Source: Polyangiales bacterium
Lineage (GTDB): Bacteria > Myxococcota_A > Polyangia > Polyangiales > Ga0077539
Direction: 5' to 3'
DNA length: 64,000 nt
NCBI GenBank assembly: GCA_044229975.1
Contig: JBGARZ010000015.1
Coordinates: 96,001-160,000 of the forward strand
Shown here: positions 55,625 through 64,000 of the stretch, piece by piece
How positions within the stretch are numbered: position 1 is the stretch's first letter
Layout: each line of letters opens with the position of its first letter
Translations under genes and position numbers: made by a program
The notes under the pieces: model-generated
The model's input: the letters and a program-made list of their open reading frames with translations, nothing else
What the model was told of the DNA's origin: nothing
Databases searched by the model: none

Positions 55625-56543
55625 CACCTACGACGACGACGCCCGGCGCTGCCGGGAGATCCTTCGTGAGGGCTCCAAGAGCTTCCACGCCGCGTCGCTC
55701 TTCCTGCCGTCGCGGGTGCGCGGCCCGGCGTCGGTGCTGTACGCGTTCTGTCGGGTGGCCGACGACGCGGTCGACCTCGTCGCTCCCTCCGCAGCGCCCG
55801 CGGCCATCGAGGGTCTGCGCCGCCGGCTCGACGGCATCTTCGGCGGTGCGCCCGCGGACGACCCCATCGACCGCGCGCTCTCGGTGGTGGTCGATCGCTT
55901 CTCGATGCCGCGCACTCCGCTCGACGCGCTGCTGGAGGGCTTCGTCTGGGACGTCGAGGGCCGGCGCTACGCCGACATGACGGCGCTGCACGGCTACTGC
56001 GCGCGGGTGGCCGCGGCGGTGGGCGTGATGATGACGGTGCTCATGGGGCGACGCGCGCCGGGCGTGCTGGCGCGGGCGTGTGACCTCGGCGTCGCGATGC
56101 AGCTCACCAACATCTGCCGCGACGTGGGCGAAGACGCGCGCAACGGCCGGGTGTACCTCCCGCTCGACTGGCTCTTCGAGGAAGGCCTCGACGCCGACGG
56201 CCTGGTCTCGCGCCCGCGATACACACCCGCGCTCGGTCGCGTGGTCGAGCGCGTGCTCGCGGAGGCCGATCGGTTGTATGCGCGCTCCGATCGGGGCGTG
56301 CCGATGCTGCCGCGGGACTGCCGGGCGGCGATTCGCGCGGCGAGGCTGTTGTACTCGTCCATCGGGACGGAGGTGCGGCGTCGCGGCGGTGACTCGGTGA
56401 GCGCGCGTGCGGTGGTACCGGGGCGGAGGAAGGCGCGGCTGCTGGCGCGGTCGTTTGCGGCGCCGCTGTCGGCGAGCGCGGTGCCCGCGGTGGACGAGGC
56501 TCCGGCGCTGCCCGCGGTGCGCTTTCTGCTGGAGGGGTGGTGA
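55608..56543 (+). CDS. crtB: Phytoene synthase
   Basis: GSKSF, LYAFCRVADDAVD, YCARVA, LGVAMQLTNICRDVGED, GRVYLP. Confidence 0.95.
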   Translation: MPAPADTYDDDARRCREILREGSKSFHAASLFLPSRVRGPASVLYAFCRVADDAVDLVAPSAAPAAIEGLRRRLDGIFGGAPADDPIDRALSVVVDRFSMPRTPLDALLEGFVWDVEGRRYADMTALHGYCARVAAAVGVMMTVLMGRRAPGVLARACDLGVAMQLTNICRDVGEDARNGRVYLPLDWLFEEGLDADGLVSRPRYTPALGRVVERVLAEADRLYARSDRGVPMLPRDCRAAIRAARLLYSSIGTEVRRRGGDSVSARAVVPGRRKARLLARSFAAPLSASAVPAVDEAPALPAVRFLLEGW

Positions 56544-56564
56544 CTACGGCAACGCCTACGCCGT

Positions 56565-56675
56565 CGGTCACCGTCCTTACCCGAAGGGACGCGACCGCCC
56601 ACGCCGACGGTCGGCGTTCCGAGGCGGGTCGAGGCGACGTCGCGGTCGCGTCCCTTCGGGTAGGGACGGCGACCG
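56565..56675. repeat. Palindromic REP-like element, family B
   Basis: 34-bp arms 56565-56598 and 56642-56675 (two mismatches); internal hairpin ACGCCGAC-G-GTCGGCGT; partial copy CGCGTCCCTTCGGGT at 6121-6135. Confidence 0.85.
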
Positions 56676-56697
56676 CGGGCCTGGGAGGATGCCGCGC

Positions 56698-58110
56698 ATG
56701 ACCCCCGACGAAGCCCGCGCCCGCGTCCGCGACGCCGCTGGTCCCGAGCTCCTCGACCGCCTCGCGCACCTCGACGCCACGCGCTCGCACCCGCCCCGCG
56801 ACGACGCTCCACCGCGCTCGCCCGGCGCCCGCGTCGACTGCGACGTCGCGCTCGTCGGCGGCGGGCTCTCGCTCCTCTACGCCCCGGTGCTCGCGGCGAT
56901 GGGCGTTCGCGTTCACGTCTTCGACCGCGCCCGCGCCGGCGCCACCCACCGCGAGTGGAACGCCTCCGACCGCGAGCTCGCCGCCCTCGTCCGGATGGGC
57001 GTCGTCACCGCCGACGAGCTCGCCGCCCTCATCGTCGCCCGCTATCGCCACGGCTTCTGCCGCTGGTACGGCGGCGGAACCTATCCCGTCACCGGCGTCC
57101 TCGACCGATCGGTCAACGCGTCGGGCCTTCTCGTGCTGACCCGGGCGCGGGCCGAGGCGATGGGCGTGGTCTTCCACGACGGTTGGCGTCTCACCGGACA
57201 TGCGAGCGGTGCGTCGTCCGTCGCGATGCGCTTCGTCGACGCGGCGGGCGCGGCCTCCGAGGTGGTCGCGCGCGTGATGATCGACGCCCGCGGCGCGGCC
57301 TCTCCCTCCGCGACGGCCGACCTCATCTGCCCGACCGTGGGCGGCGTTCTCACGGGTCTCGCCGAGGGCAGCGCGCCCGACGAGATCGACCCCGCGGTGG
57401 GCGAGGTGCTCGTCACCACCGAGGGCGTCGAGGAGGGTCGCCAGCACATCTGGGAGGGCTTTCCCGGACGACCCGGTGAGACCACCGTGTATCTCTTCTA
57501 TTACGACAAGCGCGAGCGCGTGGGCGACGGCTCGTTGCTGTCGCTCTACGGTCGCTTCTTCGAGCGCCTCTCCCGCTACAAGCGCGGCGACGCCGTCCTC
57601 CAGCGCGCGACCTTCGGGTACATCCCCGGCTGGTCTCGACTGACTCCCGCACCGCGTTCGCCGTCGCCGCGCATCGCGCTCGTCGGTGATGCGGCGGCCC
57701 GGCACTCGCCGCTCACCTACTGCGGCTTCGGCGCGACGCTGCGCTCGGTGCAGTCGGCGAGCGAGCGGGTGGTGGCCGCGCTGGAGAACCCCACGGCGTC
57801 GCTCGACCCGATCGTCCACGACACGGCGCTGCACCAGGGGACGGGCGCGCTGGCCCACATGATCGCGTCGCCGCCCGATGATCCGATGAAGCTCAACGGG
57901 CTCCTCGACGCCGCCTTCGGAACGCTCCACGCCATGGGCAACGAAGCCTACGGTCGGCTGTTGCGAGACGAGATGTCCGGCGTGGACTTCGCGCGCTTCC
58001 TCCAGCGAACCTCGATGAGAAACCCGTCGGTGTACCCGTGGGTGTTTCGCGTGCTCGGTGCCGCGGGCGTCGGTCGCTGGGGCGCCGGGGTGCTGCGGGG
58101 GTTGCGATGA
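56698..58110 (+). CDS. cruA: CruA/CruP-type lycopene cyclase (FAD-dependent)
   Basis: DVALVGGG, HREWNAS, ICPTVG, QHIWEGFP, TVYLFYY, FGYIPG, VGDAAARHSPLTYCGFG; follows crtB. Confidence 0.72.
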   Translation: MTPDEARARVRDAAGPELLDRLAHLDATRSHPPRDDAPPRSPGARVDCDVALVGGGLSLLYAPVLAAMGVRVHVFDRARAGATHREWNASDRELAALVRMGVVTADELAALIVARYRHGFCRWYGGGTYPVTGVLDRSVNASGLLVLTRARAEAMGVVFHDGWRLTGHASGASSVAMRFVDAAGAASEVVARVMIDARGAASPSATADLICPTVGGVLTGLAEGSAPDEIDPAVGEVLVTTEGVEEGRQHIWEGFPGRPGETTVYLFYYDKRERVGDGSLLSLYGRFFERLSRYKRGDAVLQRATFGYIPGWSRLTPAPRSPSPRIALVGDAAARHSPLTYCGFGATLRSVQSASERVVAALENPTASLDPIVHDTALHQGTGALAHMIASPPDDPMKLNGLLDAAFGTLHAMGNEAYGRLLRDEMSGVDFARFLQRTSMRNPSVYPWVFRVLGAAGVGRWGAGVLRGLR

Positions 58111-58865
58111 TCCCGACGCGCAAGCACCGGCTCTTCCGCTGGTGGTTCTCGGGGCACGCGCGCTCGCGCTTGCAGCAGTCGTTTTCGGCCGTGCGCGCCG
58201 AGGGCATGGACCACCTGCGCGCAGCGCTCGCGGCGGGCCCGGTGCTCATCGTGAGCAACCACACCTCGTGGTGGGACCCGATGGTGGTGCTCTACCTGAC
58301 CGAGCACGTTCTGCGGTGTGACGGGCACGCGATGATGGACGCGGCGAACCTCCGTCGGCTGCCCTTCTTCGCGATGGTGGGCGCCTTCGGGGTCGACCTG
58401 GAGAACCCCTCCGATGGGGCGAGCGCCATCCGCTACGCGGCTCGTCTGCTCAACGCGCCGGGCCGCATGGTGTGGGTGTTTCCGCAGGGGAGGGAGCGCC
58501 CGGTGACCGAGCGTCCGCTGGGCTTTCGCCCGGGGAGCGCGGAGGTGGCGCGGGTGGCCAAATGCGTGACGGTCCCCATCGGACTTCGTTACGAACACCG
58601 CGGCAACGAGCGCCCCGAACTCTTGATGTCCATTGGAGAAGCGATTCCATGGACGAAGGACGTCGCCGCGGGGCGGGCGACGCACGAGGCGGCGGTGACG
58701 TCGCGGCTGGAGCGCCTGGAGGCGGCGCTGGGCGAGGGGAGCGCTGCGGGTTTCGAGGTGCTGGAGAGCACGGCTGTGAGTGCGGTGGCGCGCGTGGCGG
58801 AGGCGGTCCTGGTGTGGCTGACGCGACCGTGGGCGCTGGGTCCTGCGCGCGACCCGAAGCGCTGA
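58107..58865 (+). CDS. PlsC-family acyltransferase (candidate carotenoid acyltransferase)
   Basis: SNHTSWWD (HxxxxD), VFPQG; ATGA overlap with the cyclase gene. Confidence 0.85.
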   Translation: MIPTRKHRLFRWWFSGHARSRLQQSFSAVRAEGMDHLRAALAAGPVLIVSNHTSWWDPMVVLYLTEHVLRCDGHAMMDAANLRRLPFFAMVGAFGVDLENPSDGASAIRYAARLLNAPGRMVWVFPQGRERPVTERPLGFRPGSAEVARVAKCVTVPIGLRYEHRGNERPELLMSIGEAIPWTKDVAAGRATHEAAVTSRLERLEAALGEGSAAGFEVLESTAVSAVARVAEAVLVWLTRPWALGPARDPKR

Positions 58866-58902
58866 TTGGCCCGACCGGGGTCGCGGTGTAGGGTGCCGCC
58901 GC

Positions 58903-59898
58903 ATGAAGGCCGTCGCCGCAGTGTTGGCCGTGTTTGCGCTGGTGGGCTGCGGCGGTGAGGGGGCAGGGGATTGCGCTGACGGTGGGACGTGCGGTGACGC
59001 TGCGACGTCGGGCGCGAGCGACGCGGCGGGCGATGCGGGCACGCCAGGGCCGACGTGGATCCCGTACATCGACGGCGCCTTCGAGCGGGTCTTCCGCCCG
59101 GCCGGCACGCGCTACCTCAACGACCACACGCTGCTGCGCGACGCGAGCGGCCGCTGGCACGTCTACGGAATCACCCACGAGTCGACGGGCAATCCCCACG
59201 CGGAGTTCAACCTGTTGCACGCGACGGCGCCGGACCTGCGCGGCCCGTGGCGCGACGAGACCGACGTGTTGAGCTCGCAGATGAAGGGAGCGCTCTGGGC
59301 GCCCTTCGCCTTCGAGGCGGGCAGCGGTCGTTGGGTCATGTACTACTACGCGACGGGCATTGCGCAGCGGGTGCAGCGCGCGGAGACCACCGACCCGGCG
59401 CTCACCCGGTGGACGCGGTCGCCGTCGCTCTCGGCGCCGGGCGGTCGTGACCCCTTCGTGATGCGCGCCAACGGGCTCTGGCACCTCTTCACCGTGGGCA
59501 TCAGCGCGCGGATGCATGGGACCATCATGGTCTCGACGAGCCCCGATCTCGAACGCTGGACCGACCCGGCGACGGTGCTCGAAGACCCCGAGCTGCACCT
59601 CGGCTGGGGCAACCTGGAGAGCCCGACGGTGGTGACGCGCGACGACGGGTTCTACCTGTTTCTCACGCGCACGACGGCGGCACCGATGGACTACGGGCGC
59701 ACCATGGTCTTCCACTCGCGCGACCCGCTGCGCTTTCAGTGGACGCCGGTCACGGAGCTCATCACGCACGCGGCGGAGGTCTTCGAGCACGAAGGCCAGA
59801 GCTACATCACCGCCGCGGGTTGGACCTCCATGGTGGGCGAGAACGGCCGCGGGCTGTCCATCGCGCGCCTCGGCTGGGTGCGTCGCCCCGCGGATTGA
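58903..59898 (+). CDS. Five-bladed beta-propeller glycoside hydrolase (GH32/GH43-like) lipoprotein
   Basis: Lipobox LVGC; NDH, LWAP, RDPFV, ESP, HAAE. Confidence 0.82.
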   Translation: MKAVAAVLAVFALVGCGGEGAGDCADGGTCGDAATSGASDAAGDAGTPGPTWIPYIDGAFERVFRPAGTRYLNDHTLLRDASGRWHVYGITHESTGNPHAEFNLLHATAPDLRGPWRDETDVLSSQMKGALWAPFAFEAGSGRWVMYYYATGIAQRVQRAETTDPALTRWTRSPSLSAPGGRDPFVMRANGLWHLFTVGISARMHGTIMVSTSPDLERWTDPATVLEDPELHLGWGNLESPTVVTRDDGFYLFLTRTTAAPMDYGRTMVFHSRDPLRFQWTPVTELITHAAEVFEHEGQSYITAAGWTSMVGENGRGLSIARLGWVRRPAD

Positions 59899-59936
59899 CG
59901 CTGGCGACCGACCGGGCGCTACCCTCCGCTCCCGCC

Positions 59937-62090
59937 ATGAGTCTCGCCCTCTGGACCCCGCTCTTCTCCGCCCTCATCGCGCTGGCGATGACCCTCAAGG
60001 TGCTGCTGCGCTCGCGCAAGCGGCGGCCCCACTGGCTCTTCGTGATGTTCGCGACCAACGTCGCCGTCTGGTACCTCGCGACCTTCCTCGAAGCCCGCAA
60101 CGGCGGCGGCCTCCTCTCGCGCTTCGCCGGCCTCATGGCCGTGCTCCTCCCGCAGACCGGCGTGCGCTTCCTCCGCGGCTTCTCCTCCGACGGGCCCGAC
60201 GAGCCCACGTCCCTCGACCGCTGGGCCACCGGCCTCCTCGTCCCGATGCTCGCCCTCGTCGCGTCGCCCTGGTTCACCCAGAAGCTCACCGGCGCCGTCA
60301 TCCGCGCGGTCATCCTCGCCTACGTCGTCGGCCTCCTCATCGCCGCGGTCTCCGCCCTCTCCACCCGCGGCCGCACCATCGCCTCCCAGCAAGAACGCCG
60401 TCGCGCCCGCTACCTCGTCGGCGTCGGCGTGCTGGCCACGCTCGTCACCACCGCCGACCTCGTCCCCTTCATGGTCAACCGGGTGGTCACTGCCAACCTC
60501 CCGCCCATCGGGTCGATCCTCGTGCTCGCGGTGCTCTACATGTTCTCCGAGGTCATCGAGCGCCGCCGCGTCATCGACCTCTACGAGCTCGCCGGGCGCT
60601 TCGTCGTCCTCACCGCGCTCGCCCTCGTGCTCGCGGGCATCTACTACCGCCTCGTCGACTGGCAGGTGCTCGCCGACGTCGAGCACCGCCACGAGGGGCC
60701 GTACTTCCTCAACGCCATCGTCGCGTCGCTGGTGATCCTCATCCTCTTCGACCCGCTGCGCGACAAGATGGAGGCCCAGATCGCGCGCTTCTTCTTCGGC
60801 GAACGCCGCGACTTCGAGACCTCCATCAACGAGCTCCGCCGCCGCCTCGCCCACGCCCTCGAACCCGCCGAGATGGGCCGCGTGCTCATGGACGGCCTCG
60901 ACCACTCCCGCCGCGTGACCTCCGCCGCGCTCTACGTCGTCGACGCCGAGCGCAAGGGGCTCGACCTCATGGCGCACTTCGGCGGGACGCCCGACACCCG
61001 CGTCGACCTCGCGTCGCTGCGCGCCCTCGTCGACCACGCCCGCACCCACGGCATCGCCGTCAAGGAGCACCTCGAACGCGACGCTGACGATCGCCGCGAG
61101 CTCGGCGAGACCCGCGACGGCGAGGCCATCGCCGAGACCGCCCACGCCGTCGAGTCACTGGGCGCCTCGGTGGTGCTCCCGCTGGAGGGCGACGGCGGTG
61201 ACCTCCTCGGGCTGCTCACGGTGCGCGACGACCGCGTGCGCGACGCCTACGCCGTCGACGAGTTTCCCATCCTGAAGGGCCTCGCGGCGCAGGTCGCCAT
61301 CGTGGTGGAAAACACCCGGCTCTACGCTCGCATCAAGGAGCGCGACCGCCTCGCCGCCCTCGGCGAGATGGCCGCTGGATTGGCGCACGAGATCCGTAAT
61401 CCGTTGGGGGCGATCAAGGGCGCGGCGCAGTACATGGAGTCGACCGCGGTCGCCGGGAGCGAGCAGAAGGAGTTCATCGGCATCATCGTCGACGAGGTGG
61501 GGCGGCTCGATCGGGTGGTGAGCTCGTTTCTCGACTACGCGCGGCCGTACCGGGGCAATCCGTCGCTGCTCGACGTCGTCAACGTCATCGAGCGAACGCT
61601 GCAACTGGTGAGAAATGACCTGCCCCCGGAGGTGGTGTTGTCGCATGAGTCCAACGAGGTGCTGCCCGCCGTGCGCATGGACCCGGAGCATCTCCGCCAG
61701 GTGCTGCTCAACCTCATCCGCAACGCGATGGAGGCGATGAAGTCCAAAGGGACCATCGAGATTCGCACGCGACCGCGCGGCGCCTTCGTGGAGGTGCTGG
61801 TGAAGGACAGCGGGCCGGGCGTCGACCCGACGGTGCGGGCCAACCTCTTCATCCCCTTTTCCACCACGAAGACCCAGGGGACGGGCCTCGGCCTCGCCAT
61901 CTCCCAACGCCTCATCGAGTCGGCGGGCGGTCGCATCGAGCTCCGCGCGTCGGACTCGCGCGGGACCACCTTCGTGATCGTGTTGCCGGTCGCGGGCCCG
62001 GCGTCGCCGAGCATTCCGCCGCCGCCGCCAGCCACAAAGAGTTCGAGGCCGGTCACCGCTCTGGATGACCGACCTCGAAGCAATACTTAG
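59937..62090 (+). CDS. Membrane sensor histidine kinase (multi-TM + GAF + HisKA + HATPase)
   Basis: About nine TM helices; GAF-like region; LAHEIRNPL, NLIRNA, DSGPG, FSTTK, GTGLGL. Confidence 0.93.
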   Translation: MSLALWTPLFSALIALAMTLKVLLRSRKRRPHWLFVMFATNVAVWYLATFLEARNGGGLLSRFAGLMAVLLPQTGVRFLRGFSSDGPDEPTSLDRWATGLLVPMLALVASPWFTQKLTGAVIRAVILAYVVGLLIAAVSALSTRGRTIASQQERRRARYLVGVGVLATLVTTADLVPFMVNRVVTANLPPIGSILVLAVLYMFSEVIERRRVIDLYELAGRFVVLTALALVLAGIYYRLVDWQVLADVEHRHEGPYFLNAIVASLVILILFDPLRDKMEAQIARFFFGERRDFETSINELRRRLAHALEPAEMGRVLMDGLDHSRRVTSAALYVVDAERKGLDLMAHFGGTPDTRVDLASLRALVDHARTHGIAVKEHLERDADDRRELGETRDGEAIAETAHAVESLGASVVLPLEGDGGDLLGLLTVRDDRVRDAYAVDEFPILKGLAAQVAIVVENTRLYARIKERDRLAALGEMAAGLAHEIRNPLGAIKGAAQYMESTAVAGSEQKEFIGIIVDEVGRLDRVVSSFLDYARPYRGNPSLLDVVNVIERTLQLVRNDLPPEVVLSHESNEVLPAVRMDPEHLRQVLLNLIRNAMEAMKSKGTIEIRTRPRGAFVEVLVKDSGPGVDPTVRANLFIPFSTTKTQGTGLGLAISQRLIESAGGRIELRASDSRGTTFVIVLPVAGPASPSIPPPPPATKSSRPVTALDDRPRSNT

Positions 62091-62219
62091 CAGCGGTCAC
62101 CGTTGGCGTTTGGGGGGAGAACGCCGGCGCCGCCGCTCGATCCCATACATCGCAGGGTCCGTGCCAGGGGCCACATCGCGGCAATCATCGACGTCTCGCG
62201 CGGGCGTCGTCTCTCGTCG

Positions 62220-62233
62220 TTGCAACGTTGCAA
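62220..62233. promoter_or_regulatory. Perfect 14-bp palindrome, candidate operator
   Basis: TTGCAACGTTGCAA, AT-rich in GC-rich surroundings, about 75 bp upstream of rsgA. Confidence 0.45.
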
Positions 62234-62306
62234 ACCGGGCCTTTCGTTCGTGCCCCGTCGTTGCCTCGGCTGAGTCCATCGTGCGAGCGTCGCCGCTGCC
62301 CGCGAC

Positions 62307-63323
62307 ATGAACTCCTCTCCTCCCATCGATCCGCTCGTCGCCTACGGGTGGACGCCCGATCTCGCCACCGTCGACGACGGCCTCCAGCCCGCACGCGTGG
62401 CTGCCGCCCATGGCATCGCGGTGCAGCTCTGGACCCGCGAGGGCGTTCGCAACGGCCCGCTCCCGCACGCTCTGTCCGAGCCGCCCGCCGTCGGCGACTG
62501 GGTGCTCGCGCGCCCCACCGACACCGACTGGCCCGTGGTGCGATTGCTCCCTCGTCGAACGCAGTTCGTCCGTCACGCGTCGGGCCTGGAGACGCGCCCG
62601 CAGGTCATCGCCGCCAACGTCGACCTCGTCCTCGTGGCGACGGGTCTCGACGGCGACTTCAGCCTCCGTCGCCTGGAGCGCTACCTCCTCGCGCTCGCCA
62701 CCAGCGGGGCGACGGCGGCCATCGTGCTGACCAAGGCCGACCAGTGCCCCGACGCCGAGTCGTATCGGGTGAAGGCCGCGGCGCTCGCGACGACGGCGGT
62801 GGTGAGCGCGCACACGGGCGAGGGCATGGCCGCGCTGCGGGCGATGGTCGCGCCGGGCGTGACGGCGGCGCTGGTGGGGTCGTCGGGCGTCGGCAAGAGC
62901 ACGCTGGTCAACGCGCTGATGGGCGACGAGCGGATGACCACCGGCGCGGTGCGCGCCTTCGACAAGAAGGGCCGCCACACGACGACGCACCGGGAGATGT
63001 TCGTGGTCCCCGGTGGCGGCGTGGTCATCGACACGCCCGGGATGCGCGGCCTCGAACCGTGGGCCGACGAAGGAACGCTCGCTGCCCTCGATGCGATGTT
63101 CGCGGAGGTGAGCGCGGCGGCCGACGGGTGCCGGTTCACCGACTGCGACCACGAGTCGACGCCGGACTGCGCGGTGCGCGCGGGAGCGACGAGCGGAGCG
63201 CTCTCGCCCGAGCGGGTGCGCTCGTGGACGACGCTGCGCGCCGAGCTCGCGAAGCAGGAGCTGATGCGGGCCGAACGCGCGGAGATCGACGCGCGCAAGG
63301 CGAAGAAGGGGAGACGGGGATGA
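62307..63323 (+). CDS. rsgA: Ribosome small subunit-dependent GTPase A
   Basis: AVGDWV, AANVD, TKAD, GSSGVGKSTLVN, GRHTTT, DTPG, CRFTDCDH...C. Confidence 0.95.
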   Translation: MNSSPPIDPLVAYGWTPDLATVDDGLQPARVAAAHGIAVQLWTREGVRNGPLPHALSEPPAVGDWVLARPTDTDWPVVRLLPRRTQFVRHASGLETRPQVIAANVDLVLVATGLDGDFSLRRLERYLLALATSGATAAIVLTKADQCPDAESYRVKAAALATTAVVSAHTGEGMAALRAMVAPGVTAALVGSSGVGKSTLVNALMGDERMTTGAVRAFDKKGRHTTTHREMFVVPGGGVVIDTPGMRGLEPWADEGTLAALDAMFAEVSAAADGCRFTDCDHESTPDCAVRAGATSGALSPERVRSWTTLRAELAKQELMRAERAEIDARKAKKGRRG

Positions 63324-64000
63324 GATCACACGCGTACCTGCTGCTGGCGCTGGTTGGTTGCTCGCGGGTCGTGGAGCCCGCGCGCCCCGTCGGGCCGTTG
63401 GCCCATCGCGCACCCGGGGAGGTGCTCCTCGATGAGACCGCGCACGGGGAGGCGCTCGTCGCGGAGGTGGCACCCGCGCCCGAAGGCTCCGACGGTGACC
63501 GGGTGCTGCGACCGACGTGGCTGGCGCGCGACGGGCGTCACCCGTGGCGCGGTGGCGACGTGCTGGAGGCGCGGGTGATTCCAGGGACGACGGCGGTGCT
63601 GACGATCACCACCGAGCACGTGCTGACCCGCCGCGCGACGCCCGATGGTGCGGCCGTGGAGCTCGACCGCGACGTGTACGGGCCGCTCTCGATGGACGCC
63701 CACGGGACGGCGCTCGCGTACACACGGGGCGATCCGCCGGCGCTGTCGCTGGTGCGCTACGACCTGCGCGCGGGGCGGGCGGCGGTGATGGCGGAGGCGT
63801 TGGTTCCGGCGTGGAGCCCGGCGCTCTCGGCGGACGGGAGCGAGGTGGTGGTGGTGGCGAGCCCCGAGGGGACGCCGTCGCTCTATCGGGTGCGCGAGGG
63901 CGAGGCGCCGCGGCCGTGGGTCTTGCCGCCAGGGAGTCCGCTGCCGACGGGGCCGGGCGCGCCGGTGGTGTTCGGCGACGCGCTGGTCTTCGAGGACGAG
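63320..64000 (+). CDS. Lipoprotein with TolB/PD40-like repeats (runs off the window)
   Basis: Not in the ORF track; ATG 63320 overlaps the rsgA stop: MRSHAYLLLALVGC (lipobox)...PAWSPALSADGSEVVV; no stop seen before the window end. Confidence 0.7.
   Translation, partial: MRSHAYLLLALVGCSRVVEPARPVGPLAHRAPGEVLLDETAHGEALVAEVAPAPEGSDGDRVLRPTWLARDGRHPWRGGDVLEARVIPGTTAVLTITTEHVLTRRATPDGAAVELDRDVYGPLSMDAHGTALAYTRGDPPALSLVRYDLRAGRAAVMAEALVPAWSPALSADGSEVVVVASPEGTPSLYRVREGEAPRPWVLPPGSPLPTGPGAPVVFGDALVFEDE

Noticed and set aside
1..64000. tRNA or rRNA genes, prophage or integrase
   Set aside because: No cloverleaf or rRNA-like segments and no phage structural or recombinase motifs recognised; intergenic gaps are short.

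Overview
Very GC-rich (roughly 70% or more by eye), gene-dense bacterial DNA, most likely from a myxobacterium (Myxococcota, Polyangiales-like). That inference rests on many lipoproteins with D/A/P/V-rich linkers and Cys-rich repeats, an EHASVAAF-type ferritin-like protein, a Hanks-type Ser/Thr kinase, a HEAT/HD-GYP-like pair and CarH. About 55 coding regions are supportable; most long ORFs in the supplied track are GC-rich shadow frames. Main content: a Septu/PtuAB-like ABC-ATPase + HNH pair at the left edge (the HNH gene is absent from the ORF track); metabolic and secreted hydrolase genes; a four-gene PAS-kinase/HEAT/degenerate HD-GYP/Ser-Thr kinase operon; a YeeE pair + orphan PIN nuclease converging on a Thg1-like 3'-5' polymerase; an IS630 element carrying a divergent LexA-like HTH gene; an SNF2 ATPase coupled to an atypical SWIM-like/AbiEi-wHTH partner; a cNMP-patatin coupled to an output-less membrane sensor; a second DUF5710-like SNF2 helicase; and a B12-photoreceptor (CarH) locus with crtI-crtB-cruA-acyltransferase. 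Non-coding structure includes two dispersed families of long palindromic REP/REPIN-like elements. Three gene remnants were found (CDP-alcohol phosphotransferase, Uma2, a lipoprotein). No rRNA, tRNA or CRISPR array was recognised. All family assignments come from motif recognition by eye, not database searches.
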